Assembly (NCBI GenBank): GCA_045806985.1
Contig: JBJMIH010000081.1
Span: 7,669 to 71,668 of the forward strand
Direction: 5' to 3'
Source of the DNA: Mycobacteriales bacterium
Lineage (GTDB): Bacteria; Actinomycetota; Actinomycetes; Mycobacteriales; JBJMIH01
Length of the DNA stretch: 64,000 bases
Under the pieces are notes generated by a model. The model ran no database searches and was not told the origin of the DNA. It saw only the letters and a program-made list of their open reading frames with translations. The translations under genes and the position numbers were made by a program. Positions 9,803-18,345 of this stretch are shown here, one piece after another. The first letter of the stretch is position 1, and every line of letters begins with the position of its first letter.

Positions 9803-10456
9803 GGGGAGCGAGGGCGTGGGGGCGAGGGGGGCGAGGGGTGGGGGCGAGGGGGGAGCGGAGGCCGGGAACGCGCAGGCCGGGAACGCGGAGGCGCGGAGGC
9901 GGGAGCGCGGAGGCCGGGAACGCGGAGGCCGGGAACGCGGAGCCGCGGAGGCGGGCAGCGCGGAGGTCCGGGCAGCGCGGAGGTCCGGGCAGCGCGGAGG
10001 TCCGGGCAGCGCGGAGGTCCGGGAACGCGGACGTGGGGAACGCGGACGTGGGGAACGCGGACGTGGGGAACGCGGACGTGGGGAACGCGGACGTGGGGAA
10101 CGCGGACGTGGGGAACGCGGACGTGGGGAACGCGGAGGCGGGCAGCAGCGCGGAGCCGCGGAGGCGGGCGCGCGGAGGCGGAGGTCGAGGCGGGAGCGCG
10201 GAGGTGGGGAGCGCGGAGGCGGGCAGCGCGGAGGCGGGAGCGCGGAGGCGGGAGCGCGGAGGTCGAGGCGGGGCGCGCGGACGTGGGGAACGCGGAGGCC
10301 GGGAACGCGGAGGCGGAGGTCGAGGTGGGGAACGCGGAGGCGGGGCGCGCGGAGGCGGGGGCGAGGGGGCAGGGCGCGCGGAGGCGGGGGCGAGGGGGCA
10401 GGGCGCGCGGAGGCGGGGGCGAGGGGGCAGGGCGCGCGGAGGCGGGGGCGAGGGGC
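9803..10456 (+). repeat. Compound G-rich tandem-repeat tract
   Basis: GGGCAGCGCGGAGGTCC x4 (9953-10020), GGGAACGCGGACGTG x7 (10021-10125), GGGCGCGCGGAGGCGGGGGCGAGGGGGCA x3 plus a partial copy (10343-10455), degenerate copies between. Confidence 0.9.
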
Positions 10457-10479
10457 GTTGGTGGTAGGGGGTGAGGGGG

Positions 10480-11532
10480 TCAGGTGGCTGTGCAGGTGGG
10501 GGTCGGGGTTTCGTTGGCGGTGGTCCAGGTGGCGATGAAGCCGAACTGGGTGCTGGCGGCCGGGGCGAGGGCGCCGTTGTAGCCGACGTTGCGGGCGGTG
10601 ACCGTGGCGCCGGTACTGGTGACCGTCGCGCTCCAGGACTGGGTGACGGTCTGGCCGTTGGCGAACTGCCAGGTGACCGTCCAGCCGGTGATGGCGCTGC
10701 TGCCGGCGGTGACCGTCACCGACCCCTGGAAGCCGCCGGTCCACTGGTTGGCCACGCTGTAGGTGGCGGTGCAGCCGCCGCCGGGCGGGGGCGGGTTGGT
10801 GCCGCCGGGGGTACCGATGCTGCCGGGCACCGTCAGCAGGGCGTTGTACCAGGTCGCGGCCATCTTGTCGTACCCGGTCGCGTTCGGGTGGACGCCGTCG
10901 GCGAGGTCGGCGGCGGTCAGCGCGGAGTGCATGTCCACCAGGTGCACGTGCCTGCCGGCGCTCGCCTTGCTCTGGACGATGCCCGGGATCGCGGCGTTGT
11001 AGGTGCGTACGGCCGCCTCCGCGCTGGCCGAGGCGAGCGGGATGATCGTGGCGACGAACACCTCGGCGTCCGGCGCGGTCGCGGTGATGTGGTCGATCAG
11101 CGCGGACAGCCGGGCCGGCGCGTTCGCCAGGTCGTCGTTCTGGATCACGTCGTTGGTGCCGATGTGCAGCAGCACCGTGTGCGGGGTGAAGGTGTGCAGC
11201 CAGTTGACAATGTTGGCGTCGATCTGGTCGATCCGCCAGCCGGAGTGCCCCTCGTGGTCGTGGTCGCCGAGGCTGGCCGGCCCGTTGGAGAGCGACCCGA
11301 CGAAGTCCACCCGGTACCCGGCGTTGACGAAGCGTTGCCACAGCCCGATCCGGTACCCGCCGGGCACGGTGAGCCCGTCGGTGATCGAGTCACCGAGCGG
11401 CATCACCCGCACCCCGCCGTTGGACTCGGCGCGGGCGGCGCCGGCGCCGGCCGCGACGGTGGCGGCGGCCGCCAGCACCACGGCGACGACCGCGACCACG
11501 GCGCCGGCCCATCGTGGCAGGACTGTGCGCAT
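10480..11532 (-). CDS. Secreted SGNH hydrolase (CE3-like esterase) with C-terminal CBM2
   Basis: PLGDSIT, HEGHSG, HIGTND, DGVHP; Pro linker; CTATYSVANQWTGGFQG CBM2. Confidence 0.92.
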   Translation of the reverse strand: MRTVLPRWAGAVVAVVAVVLAAAATVAAGAGAARAESNGGVRVMPLGDSITDGLTVPGGYRIGLWQRFVNAGYRVDFVGSLSNGPASLGDHDHEGHSGWRIDQIDANIVNWLHTFTPHTVLLHIGTNDVIQNDDLANAPARLSALIDHITATAPDAEVFVATIIPLASASAEAAVRTYNAAIPGIVQSKASAGRHVHLVDMHSALTAADLADGVHPNATGYDKMAATWYNALLTVPGSIGTPGGTNPPPPGGGCTATYSVANQWTGGFQGSVTVTAGSSAITGWTVTWQFANGQTVTQSWSATVTSTGATVTARNVGYNGALAPAASTQFGFIATWTTANETPTPTCTAT

Positions 11533-11547
11533 GGTTCTCTCCTCCTG

Positions 11548-13134
11548 TTACGCGGGGTCGAGGGCCAGGGCGTCGAAGACGAAGCTGGGGCTGAGGAAGC
11601 CCGTGCCGCCGCTGCCGCTGATGACCGAGATCGAGAGGCTGTTCGTGCCGGCGTGCAGGGCGCTGGCCGGGATCGTGAACGTGTAGGTGTGGTTGACGCC
11701 CCGCCAGGTGCCGCGGGTGATGCTGCGGGAGTTCAGGTCGACGGGGGCCGGCGAGTCGCTGGACGGCGAGCTCCAGCCGCCGATGGAGACCGCCGGCCGG
11801 CCGCCCGCGAACGCGATCGTCGTCGCGATCCGCAGCCGGGCGCCCTGCGCCGGGACGCTGCCCAGCGGGAAGGCCACCACCAGCGGCGAGTTGCCGTCCT
11901 TGAACATCGCCATCGGCACGGCCGACGCCCCGGACGAGGTGCTGACCGTGCCCGGGTTCCAGTTCGCCATCCGCACGTCGGAGGGGTGCATGGTCTCGAT
12001 CCGGTTGGCGTTCAGGAAGCCGGCGGGCGTGCCGTCGAAGGTGCCGAGCTGGAACAGCGCGCCGCTGGCCGGCACGTTGCCGGACAGCGCGGTGCTGGCG
12101 GTCTGTCCGGCCGCGACGGTGACGGTCGCCGTCGACCCGACCGCCAGCTCGCCGGCGTACAGGGTGGCGGTGTAGGTGCCGGGCCGGACCTTCGCGACGG
12201 TGAACCGGCCACTCTGGACGGAAGCCCAGTACTGCCCGTTGGGGCCGGCGAGCGCGGCGGTGACCGGCAGGCCATTCCACGACCCGGTCGCCGTGCCGGT
12301 GACCGTGCCGCGCTGCGCGGGTGACGGCAGTCCGGGGAGGTAGGCGGACAGGAAGTCCATGTTCACCGCGGCCGGGGCCCCGCCGTCGGTCACCGCCATC
12401 GCGTACGGCCCGTGCAGGCCGAGGCGCAGCGACTCGGTCTGGGCGTGGCCGCTGAACATGTACTGGGTGATGTTGGTCGCCGCGCCGGCGTTGTTGACCT
12501 CGATGTCCCGGAAGAACGGGCCGCCGGAGGTCATCTCCTGCGTCCCCGGGATCATGAACACGCCGTGCCCGTTCCCGCTGGCGCCGAACGGCTTCTGCGC
12601 GATCAGCCGCTCCGAGCTGTAGAACTTCGACGCCGTGGTGCCGTCGGCGAAGCCGAAGACGTCGGAGCCCTCCACGGTCCGGGTGCTGCCGGCGGTGCGG
12701 GCGGCGACCGGCGAGTTCGGCAGCAGCGCGCTGCTGACCCGGCTGATGAACCGGGCCTCGCCGGGGTTGAGCGCCTGGTTGATCCTGGTCGCCAGGTAGA
12801 TCGTGTTGTCACCCTTGCGGGCGAAGTAGTACTGCGTGACGCCGATCCCGGTGTTGGCGGCGGTGACCAGCAGTGAATTGCCGCCGTCGAACGTCTGGCT
12901 GGTGACGGTCGCCGAGCTCCAGCCCGACTCGAACTGCCCGGCGGCCTGGCCGGACGCGGCCAGCTCGACGCCGCGGTGCTTCAGCGACGTCATGTTGCCG
13001 TTCGTGCCGTCGATGGTGAACACCAGCCCGGAGCCGGTGTCGAAGGTGACGGACGTCGCGGCGGTGGCCCCGGTGCCCGGGTACAGCACGCCGGCGGCGA
13101 GCACGGCTCCGCAGAGCAACCGGGCCATCGTCAT
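11548..13134 (-). CDS. Secreted rhamnogalacturonan lyase, PL4 (RhgB-like)
   Basis: GEARFISR, SKFYS, SGGPFFRDI, YMFSGHAQTE, GLHGPY, PGTYTATLY, MHPSDVRM, SRSITRGTWRG. Confidence 0.85.
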   Translation of the reverse strand: MTMARLLCGAVLAAGVLYPGTGATAATSVTFDTGSGLVFTIDGTNGNMTSLKHRGVELAASGQAAGQFESGWSSATVTSQTFDGGNSLLVTAANTGIGVTQYYFARKGDNTIYLATRINQALNPGEARFISRVSSALLPNSPVAARTAGSTRTVEGSDVFGFADGTTASKFYSSERLIAQKPFGASGNGHGVFMIPGTQEMTSGGPFFRDIEVNNAGAATNITQYMFSGHAQTESLRLGLHGPYAMAVTDGGAPAAVNMDFLSAYLPGLPSPAQRGTVTGTATGSWNGLPVTAALAGPNGQYWASVQSGRFTVAKVRPGTYTATLYAGELAVGSTATVTVAAGQTASTALSGNVPASGALFQLGTFDGTPAGFLNANRIETMHPSDVRMANWNPGTVSTSSGASAVPMAMFKDGNSPLVVAFPLGSVPAQGARLRIATTIAFAGGRPAVSIGGWSSPSSDSPAPVDLNSRSITRGTWRGVNHTYTFTIPASALHAGTNSLSISVISGSGGTGFLSPSFVFDALALDPA

Positions 13135-13147
13135 GGGAGCGCTCCCA
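13134..13147. promoter_or_regulatory. CebR/CelR-type operator overlapping the RBS and start of the PL4 gene
   Basis: Perfect palindrome TGGGAGCGCTCCCA. Confidence 0.85.
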
Positions 13148-13191
13148 CCGGTAGAGAGGTGCTTGGTCCGTTTCGTACGCTTTGCGACCTT

Positions 13192-13203
13192 GATACCGGT
13201 AAC
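13192..13203. promoter_or_regulatory. Possible LacI-family operator
   Basis: Near-palindrome GATACCGGTAAC in the divergent intergenic region. Confidence 0.35.
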
Positions 13204-13241
13204 GCCACCCGCCGTCAAGGACCATGCCCGCCGTACGATGA

Positions 13242-14069
13242 GTGATCGACATCCTCCGCCTCGCCACCGTCGCGGCCGCCGCCACGGCGGTCGCGCTGGC
13301 CGGCGCGGGCTGCGGCGGCTCCCGGCACCACGTGCCGTCCGCCCGCGCCAGCTCCGCCCCGGCGGGCACGCCGGCGGAGCGGGCCAGGGCAGCGGCCGAC
13401 CTGCGGGTCCTGCGCGCCGCCGCCGGGCGGGACGCCTGCGCGGTCACCTGCCAGGGCGGGGCGGCGCTGCCGGAGGACGCCGCCACCCAGGCCTTCGCCC
13501 GCGACACCGCCTGCGCCGCCGGGCTGGCGCAGAACCTGCTGCTTGCCCTGCTGGACAAGGAGCACCAGCAGTACCCGGCGCAGACGCAGAAGGAGATGGT
13601 CGCGGCCGGCATCGACAAGTCGCTTGGTGTCGCCTCGATGAAGTACGGCACCGCCACCGACCTGATCCGCCTGCACCACCGCGCCGTCCCGGAGGCCGCC
13701 GACCGGACCGCGCTGGTCGCCCGGCTCGTCGACGATCCGCGGCTGGACATCCAGCTGGCCGCCGACCGGCTCGCCGACGCCAGGCACGCCGGCCTCGGCG
13801 ACCGGGGCGCCTTCGTCGCCTACGCGTTCTCCCCCGGCAACTGGCCGGCGCTGCGCGCCGCCGGGGACAGCACCGCGGCCTTCAGCGACGACCACACGCC
13901 GGGCCGCGAGTCGGCCCGCCAGCGCGCCGCCGACTACGACTACCTGACCGGCGTGCTGGCCGCCGCCGACGACTGGCTGGCACTCCCCGCCGGAGTCCGT
14001 GCCGCCACACAGGGACACCGGCGCCTCACCCTTCCCTACGCCGCGCCCCGCCGCCCCGACTGCGCCTGA
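13242..14069 (+). CDS. Putative lipoprotein with a possible lysozyme/lytic-transglycosylase-like domain
   Basis: Signal peptide ending LAGAGC; LLLALLDKE, SLGVASMK, DDPRLDIQLAADRL and AFVAY follow SLT motif order. Confidence 0.5.
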   Translation: MIDILRLATVAAAATAVALAGAGCGGSRHHVPSARASSAPAGTPAERARAAADLRVLRAAAGRDACAVTCQGGAALPEDAATQAFARDTACAAGLAQNLLLALLDKEHQQYPAQTQKEMVAAGIDKSLGVASMKYGTATDLIRLHHRAVPEAADRTALVARLVDDPRLDIQLAADRLADARHAGLGDRGAFVAYAFSPGNWPALRAAGDSTAAFSDDHTPGRESARQRAADYDYLTGVLAAADDWLALPAGVRAATQGHRRLTLPYAAPRRPDCA

Positions 14070-14097
14070 GCGTTCCGAGCACGCGGGAGCCGGGCCT

Positions 14098-14162
14098 TTC
14101 AGTGCCGCGTCAGCCGCGCTCCAGGGCGGCTCCAGGACCGCTCCAGGACCACCCGTCAGAGT
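14098..14162 (+). promoter_or_regulatory. 11-bp-phased direct repeats (SARP/OmpR-type site) upstream of lanKC
   Basis: GCTCCAGG at 14118, 14129, 14140; CAG cores also at 14100 and 14111; -10-like CAGAGT at 14157. Confidence 0.6.
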
Positions 14163-14196
14163 CCGTTGCCGTAGCGGACCGACGGAGGGTGGCACG

Positions 14197-16890
14197 TTGA
14201 ACGTCATCGAGTTCACCCTGGCCGATCAGGATTTCTGCGTCCCGATCGACCAGTGGGCGGCGGGAGTGCCGTACGCGCCGAGCCGGCCGGTGCCCGGCTG
14301 GGTACGCCGCGAGGGCGGGCTCTGGGCGCACTGGTCGCCGCCGGCCGGCCCGCCACTGCCGGACCAGGGCTGGAAGGTGCACGTCTCGGCCCGGTTCGAC
14401 CGGACCCAGCAGGTGCTGGACGCGGTCACCGACCTCTGCGGCCGGCACGGCGTCCCGTACAAGCACGTGCGCACCGACCGGCTGTTCCTGTGGCTGCACC
14501 ACAAGCACGGCCCGCGCGTCCAGAGCGGCAAGTTCTGCGCCCTCTACCCCGCCGGCGTGGACGCCGCCCGCGCGCTGATGGAGGCGCTGGCCGCCGCGCT
14601 CGACGGCGAGCGCGGGCCGTACGTGCTCACCGACCGCCGGTTCGGGTCCTCCGGCGTCGTGTCCTACCGGTACGGCGCCTTCACGCCCCGCTTCCAGCTC
14701 ACCGCCGACGGCGGCCGTATCCCGATCGTCGCCGGGCCGGACGGCCGGGACCTCCCGGACGAGCGGCTGCCCCGGTTCAGCCTCCCGGACGGGATCACCG
14801 ACCCGTTCGCGCCGGTGGCGGAGGCCGGCGCGGCGGCGCCCGAGCCCGGGCCGGTGTCGCTGCACGGGTACACCTTCACCAGGGTGCTCCAGTTCAGCAA
14901 CGCCGGTGGCGCGTACCGGGCGACCGCGGCGGACGGGCGGGCGGTGTTCGTCAAGGAGGCCCGCGCCGACAACGGGTACCAGTGGGACGGCTCGGCAGCG
15001 CAGGAGCGGCTGCGCCGCGAGCGCGACACGCTGCGCGCCCTGCACGCGGCCGTGCCGGGGATCTGCCCGGAGCCGCTGGACCACTTCCGGGAGTGGGAGC
15101 ACGAGTTCCTGGTCACCGAACTGGTGCCGGGCATCCCGCTGCTGTCGTGGATGAGCCGGCACAACCCGGTGACCTTCACCGATCCGGACGCGGCGGCGTA
15201 CACCGCGTACCACGACCGCTGCCGCGCCCTGCTCGGCGCGCTGCGCGACCAGCTCGACCGGCTGCACGCGGCCGGCTACGCGTTCGTGGACCTCAACCCG
15301 CGCAACGTCCTGGTCGACTCCGACGACCGGCCCCGGCTGATCGACTTCGAGGAGGCCCGACCGGTCGGCGGCGAGCGGCGGAGGGTGCACGGCGCCGAGG
15401 ACTACCTGCCGGCGGAGGCCCGCGACCCGGCCCGGTTCGACAGCATGGCCATCGAGTACTTCGACTCCTACGCCCTCGCCGCGCTCGCGCAACTGCTGCT
15501 GCACCCGCTGCACCCGGTGCTCAACCGCAACCCGGACGCCGCCGCCCACCTGGCCGCCGACCTGCCGGCGGTGCCTGCCGACCTGTGGCGGGCGGCGGGC
15601 CGGTACCGGCAGCAGGCCGGGCCCGGCCTGCTGCCGGCGCCGGAGGACGTGGCCGCCGCGCCGCGGCAGTGGCTGGGCTGGCTCCACGACCGGATCGTCG
15701 CCGGCCTGGAGTCGATGGCCGATCCGGCGGCCGACCGGCCGTACCCGCTCGGCCCGCACGGGTTCGCGTCGCACCGGCACAACCTGGCCTACGGCACCGC
15801 GGGTGTGGTCCGAGCCCTGCACCGCGCCGGCGTGCCGGTCCACCCGCGGGTCGTCGGCCAGCTGCTGGACGCGGCGATCACGGACCGGGACGCGCTGCCG
15901 CCGGGCCTGTTCACCGGTACCGCCGGGCTGGCCTGGACCCTCGCCGACCTGGGCCAGCTGGACGCCGCCCGCGACCTGCTGGCGGACGCCGACCGGCACC
16001 CGCTGGCCACCGGCGGGGACGTCACGCTGGCGCACGGGACGGCCGGGATCGCGCTCACCCACCTGGCCCTGTACCGCCACGACGGCGACACCGGCCATCT
16101 CGACAGGGCGGCCGACCTGCTCGCCGGCCTGCCCAGCGGTCCCGAACTGGTGGCCGGCCTCGGGCCCGACGACAGCACCGGCTGGCGGGTGGGCCGGCCC
16201 GGGATCGCGCTCGCCCTGTACTACCTGGCCAGGCTCACCGGCGACAGGGACGCCCTGCGCCGCGGCCGGGCGCTGCTGCTGGACGACCTCGACCAGGCGG
16301 TCGAGGACCCGGCCGGCCTCCAGTTCCGGGTGTCGCGGAAGGACCAGCGGGCCGAGCCGTACCTGGCGACCGGCTCGGCCGGGTTCGCGCTGGTCGCCGG
16401 CAGGTACCTCGGCAACCCGGGCGGCGCCCCCGGCGGTGACGGCGACGGCACGGATCCGCTCGCGGCCGCCTACCGGCGCTGCCTCACCACGGTCCGCACG
16501 ATCCTGCTGCCGGTGCTGCCGGCCCTGTTCGATGGCCTGTCCGGGCTGGGTCTGGTGCTGGCCGACCTCGCCGCGACGACCGGCGACGAGTCGCTGCACG
16601 CGGCGGCGGTCCGGTCCGGGCGGGCGCTGTTCAAGTACGCGGTGCCGCGCTCGGGCGGCATCTGCTTCCTCGGCCTGGGCAACCGGTTCAGCGCCGACCT
16701 GGCCTACGGGTCCGCCGGCGTGCTGCTGTTCCTGGACGAGCTGCTGCACGGCCGCCGCGACGCCCTCTTCACGCTCGATGCCGATCCGGTGCGCGAACGC
16801 ACCCCGCAGAGGTCCCCGGGACATCCGGGTCACCACCCCACCGGCGGAGGGCTTCCGGCCCGCCGCCCCACCGAAGGAGTCACCGCATGA
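14197..16890 (+). CDS. lanKC: Class III lanthipeptide synthetase (lyase-kinase-cyclase)
   Basis: QGWKVHVS, SGKFCALYP, GPYVLTDRR, YRYGAF lyase; VKEAR, DLNPRN, LIDFE kinase; LanC-like repeats (LAYGTAG, YLATGSAG, DLAYGSAG) without Cys zinc ligands; TTG start after GGAGGG. Confidence 0.92.
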   Translation: MNVIEFTLADQDFCVPIDQWAAGVPYAPSRPVPGWVRREGGLWAHWSPPAGPPLPDQGWKVHVSARFDRTQQVLDAVTDLCGRHGVPYKHVRTDRLFLWLHHKHGPRVQSGKFCALYPAGVDAARALMEALAAALDGERGPYVLTDRRFGSSGVVSYRYGAFTPRFQLTADGGRIPIVAGPDGRDLPDERLPRFSLPDGITDPFAPVAEAGAAAPEPGPVSLHGYTFTRVLQFSNAGGAYRATAADGRAVFVKEARADNGYQWDGSAAQERLRRERDTLRALHAAVPGICPEPLDHFREWEHEFLVTELVPGIPLLSWMSRHNPVTFTDPDAAAYTAYHDRCRALLGALRDQLDRLHAAGYAFVDLNPRNVLVDSDDRPRLIDFEEARPVGGERRRVHGAEDYLPAEARDPARFDSMAIEYFDSYALAALAQLLLHPLHPVLNRNPDAAAHLAADLPAVPADLWRAAGRYRQQAGPGLLPAPEDVAAAPRQWLGWLHDRIVAGLESMADPAADRPYPLGPHGFASHRHNLAYGTAGVVRALHRAGVPVHPRVVGQLLDAAITDRDALPPGLFTGTAGLAWTLADLGQLDAARDLLADADRHPLATGGDVTLAHGTAGIALTHLALYRHDGDTGHLDRAADLLAGLPSGPELVAGLGPDDSTGWRVGRPGIALALYYLARLTGDRDALRRGRALLLDDLDQAVEDPAGLQFRVSRKDQRAEPYLATGSAGFALVAGRYLGNPGGAPGGDGDGTDPLAAAYRRCLTTVRTILLPVLPALFDGLSGLGLVLADLAATTGDESLHAAAVRSGRALFKYAVPRSGGICFLGLGNRFSADLAYGSAGVLLFLDELLHGRRDALFTLDADPVRERTPQRSPGHPGHHPTGGGLPARRPTEGVTA

Positions 16891-17006
16891 ACCAGGTTCT
16901 CGCGCTGCAGACCGCGCTGGAGTCCGACGTGGACGAGCCCGGCATGGGCGTCGCCGAGGGCAACCACAGCAGCGTCAGCATCATCTGCAGCATCACCAAC
17001 AGCTGA
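16887..17006 (+). CDS. lanA: Class III lanthipeptide precursor, 39 aa: MNQVLALQTALESDVDEPGMGVAEGNHSSVSIICSITNS
   Basis: Manual translation; AAGGAG RBS; ATGA overlap with the lanKC stop; VLALQ leader motif; S-x2-S-x2-C core. Confidence 0.88.
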   Translation: MNQVLALQTALESDVDEPGMGVAEGNHSSVSIICSITNS

Positions 17007-17019
17007 TCACCTGGTAGCC

Positions 17020-17058
17020 GGGGTACCGGGCGGCGCCCGCGCAGCCGCCCGGTACCCC
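17020..17058 (+). terminator. Stem-loop after the precursor gene (partial terminator or mRNA stabiliser)
   Basis: Perfect 15-bp inverted repeat GGGGTACCGGGCGGC / GCCGCCCGGTACCCC. Confidence 0.75.
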
Positions 17059-17082
17059 CACCCACTGGGCAAGGAGCCTCCC

Positions 17083-18336
17083 ATGGCGACCGCCACCACG
17101 GCCTCCGCCGGACCGCCTGCGGAGACGGACCGGCCCGGCAGCAGGTGGGACTTCCACCGGTACCTGGCGGGGAGCGCGACGTCGACGTTCGGGACCATCT
17201 TCACCGGGGTGGCGGCGTCGGCGCTGGCCGTCCAGACCTTCCACGTCACCGGATTCCAGGCGGGGCTGCTGACGGCGGCGTCGACGATGCCCGCGCTGCT
17301 GGTGATGCCGGTGGCCGGGGCGTTCGCCGACCGGGTGGCGCGGCCGCGGCGGGTGCTGATCGGCACCGAGCTGGCCGCCGGCCTGGCCGTCGGCGCCTTC
17401 ATGGTCGGGGTGGCGACCCACCTCGCCGGATACGGCTGGCTGCTGGCGCTCACGCTCGTCCTCGGGGTGCTCACCGCGATCGCCGGCACCCTCTTCTTCA
17501 TCCACCTGAACAGCCTGCGGTCGGGTGCGCTGGCCGAGTCGCGGGCGCGTCTCCAGGCCACCTCGTACGTGGTCGGCCTGGGCGCGAGCGCCTCCGCCGC
17601 ACCGGCGATCAGCGCCTTCGGGCCGGTCACCGCGCTGGCCACCGACGCGGTGAGCTACCTGGTCAGCGCGGTGTCGCTGCGCTCGATCCGGACGCCGGAC
17701 CGCAACCCGGCGCTGGACCCGTCCCGCGCGCCGGCCCCGGTCCACCGCGAGGCCGTGGAGGGCATCCGCATCCTGATCCGGAGCCGGCTGCGGCCGGTGG
17801 TGATGTACGTCGTGATCGGCCAGTCCGCCTTCGCCGGCGTCGTCGCGCTCAAGGCGCTGTTCTTCCTCCGCACGCTGCGGATGCCGCTGTACCTGTACGG
17901 CATCCCGGGCCTGTGCGGCACGGCCTTCGGCGTGCTCGGCTCGATCGTGGCCAGCCGCTCGGTCAGGGCCGGGCGCGACGCGGGCCGGCTCACCGCCGGC
18001 TACTGGGCCGGCGCGGCGACCTCGCTGCTGCTGCTGCCCGCGTCGGCGGGTCCGCTGCCGGTGGCGGTGGCCTCGGTGTCGGCCAGCCTCACCGCATTCA
18101 CCCTGTGCGGGGCCGCCGCCAACGTGGCGCTCGTCGCGCTGATCTCGGAGTCCACTCCGGAACACGCCATGGGCCGCGTCACCTCGTCGGTGATGGTCGT
18201 CGGCACGCTGGCCACCACGGTGGGCGCGCTCGCCGCCGGCGGCCTCGCCGAGCTGCTCGGCATCCGCGACGCCCTGTGGTGCTGCTGCCTCACCGGGGTC
18301 GCCGCGCTTCCCCTCCTCCGGTCGTTGCTCCGCTAA
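17083..18336 (+). CDS. MFS exporter of the lanthipeptide cluster
   Basis: About 12 TM helices, AGAFADR motif, TPEHAMGRV; AAGGAG RBS. Confidence 0.85.
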   Translation: MATATTASAGPPAETDRPGSRWDFHRYLAGSATSTFGTIFTGVAASALAVQTFHVTGFQAGLLTAASTMPALLVMPVAGAFADRVARPRRVLIGTELAAGLAVGAFMVGVATHLAGYGWLLALTLVLGVLTAIAGTLFFIHLNSLRSGALAESRARLQATSYVVGLGASASAAPAISAFGPVTALATDAVSYLVSAVSLRSIRTPDRNPALDPSRAPAPVHREAVEGIRILIRSRLRPVVMYVVIGQSAFAGVVALKALFFLRTLRMPLYLYGIPGLCGTAFGVLGSIVASRSVRAGRDAGRLTAGYWAGAATSLLLLPASAGPLPVAVASVSASLTAFTLCGAAANVALVALISESTPEHAMGRVTSSVMVVGTLATTVGALAAGGLAELLGIRDALWCCCLTGVAALPLLRSLLR

Positions 18337-18345
18337 CGTGAACGA

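Noticed and set aside
9803-10456. CRISPR array
   Set aside because: Units are head-to-tail with no unique spacers, and there are no cas genes
9512-10538. Repeat-protein ORFs (GNADV, GTRTW, RGERG repeats)
   Set aside because: All frames are open only because the tract lacks stops; 17- and 29-bp units break frame and there is no RBS
14197-16890. Class IV (LanL) synthetase
   Set aside because: The cyclase region lacks the Cys/Cys/His zinc-ligand motifs; it fits class III
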